This document shows positions 63,760 to 64,000 of a stretch of DNA of 64,000 nt, piece by piece (position 1 is the first letter of the stretch; each line of letters opens with the position of its first letter). Origin of the DNA: Nitrospirota bacterium (GTDB taxonomy: Bacteria; Nitrospirota; Thermodesulfovibrionia; SZUA-242); contig JALUUO010000108.1 of assembly GCA_027021335.1 (NCBI GenBank), positions 17,383 to 81,382 on the forward strand, read 5' to 3'. The notes beneath the pieces are model-generated. The model was not told the origin of the DNA. It did no database searches and was given only the letters and a program-made list of their open reading frames with translations. Position numbers and translations under genes: made by a program.

Positions 63760-64000
63760 ATGTTTTCAGCTATTCTACAAAAGGTTATAGGTACTAAAAA
63801 CGAGCGGGAGCTTAAAAAGCTTCAGCCGATTGTAGATTCCATAAATTCTCTTGAATCATCATTCTCCTCCCTTTCCGACTCTCAACTTGCCGCAAAAACA
63901 GATGAATTCAAAAGCCGCCTTTTAAAGGGTGAGTCTTTGGACGATCTGCTGCCTGAGGCCTTTGCCACGGTCCGTGAAGCATCAAAACGAGTTCTTCACA
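63760..64000 (+). CDS. secA: Preprotein translocase ATPase SecA (5' fragment, runs off the window)
   Basis: [29 protein letters not shown]...[17 protein letters not shown] is the canonical SecA N-terminus. The frame stays open to the window end. Confidence 0.9.
   Translation, partial: MFSAILQKVIGTKNERELKKLQPIVDSINSLESSFSSLSDSQLAAKTDEFKSRLLKGESLDDLLPEAFATVREASKRVLH

Noticed and set aside
1-64000. CRISPR arrays, transposases, integrases, prophage or toxin-antitoxin modules
   Set aside because: I scanned the translations and the intergenic repeats. I found no repeat-spacer periodicity and no DDE, tyrosine/serine recombinase or phage structural motifs.

Overview
Dense 64-kb chromosomal window with about 65 protein genes and 2 tRNAs. 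I found no transposase, integrase, prophage gene or CRISPR array. The source is probably a flagellated anaerobe of the Desulfobacterota (deltaproteobacterial) type. That is an inference from desulfoferrodoxin, the futalosine-pathway gene mqnA, NifU/DUF1858 redox genes and CsrA-FliW flagellar control. Layout: (1) 0.1-4.2 kb holds a GT39-like membrane glycosyltransferase, a periplasmic rhodanese and an APH-like/P-loop kinase fusion. (2) 4.2-12.7 kb (- strand) is a type IV pilus minor-pilin operon, fimT-pilV-pilW-pilX-small secreted ORF-giant 1735-aa PilY1. (3) 13.0-17.4 kb (- strand) is the flagellar filament operon fliC-flaG-fliD-fliS-(fliT-like), with a perfect sigma-28 promoter and CsrA-type GGA hairpins in the fliC leader. 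(4) tRNA-Gln, tRNA-Glu and pgm follow. (5) 19.7-29.1 kb (+ strand) carries flgFGAHIJ, flgMN-flgKL and csrA-fliW, then a SPOR protein and a patatin-like phospholipase. (6) 31-54 kb is housekeeping: apt, mtnP, GH3/nagZ-like, nupC, larE-like, rng, a TIGR03960-type radical SAM fusion, rsmA, mltB, nifU-like, queE, tsaB, mqnA, rtcB, purE, purD, argB and pgl. (7) 54.4-61.9 kb is the most unusual locus. It is an incomplete Mrp/complex-I-membrane-arm-like cluster (one NuoK/MrpC-like and three NuoL/M/N-like subunits). It has no MrpB/E/F/G and is interrupted by a CBS-sensor plus ArsB/NhaD-type permease pair. (8) A parvulin PPIase, desulfoferrodoxin and the 5' end of secA close the window. All functional calls come from motif and family recognition by eye in the supplied translations. 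No database search was run.
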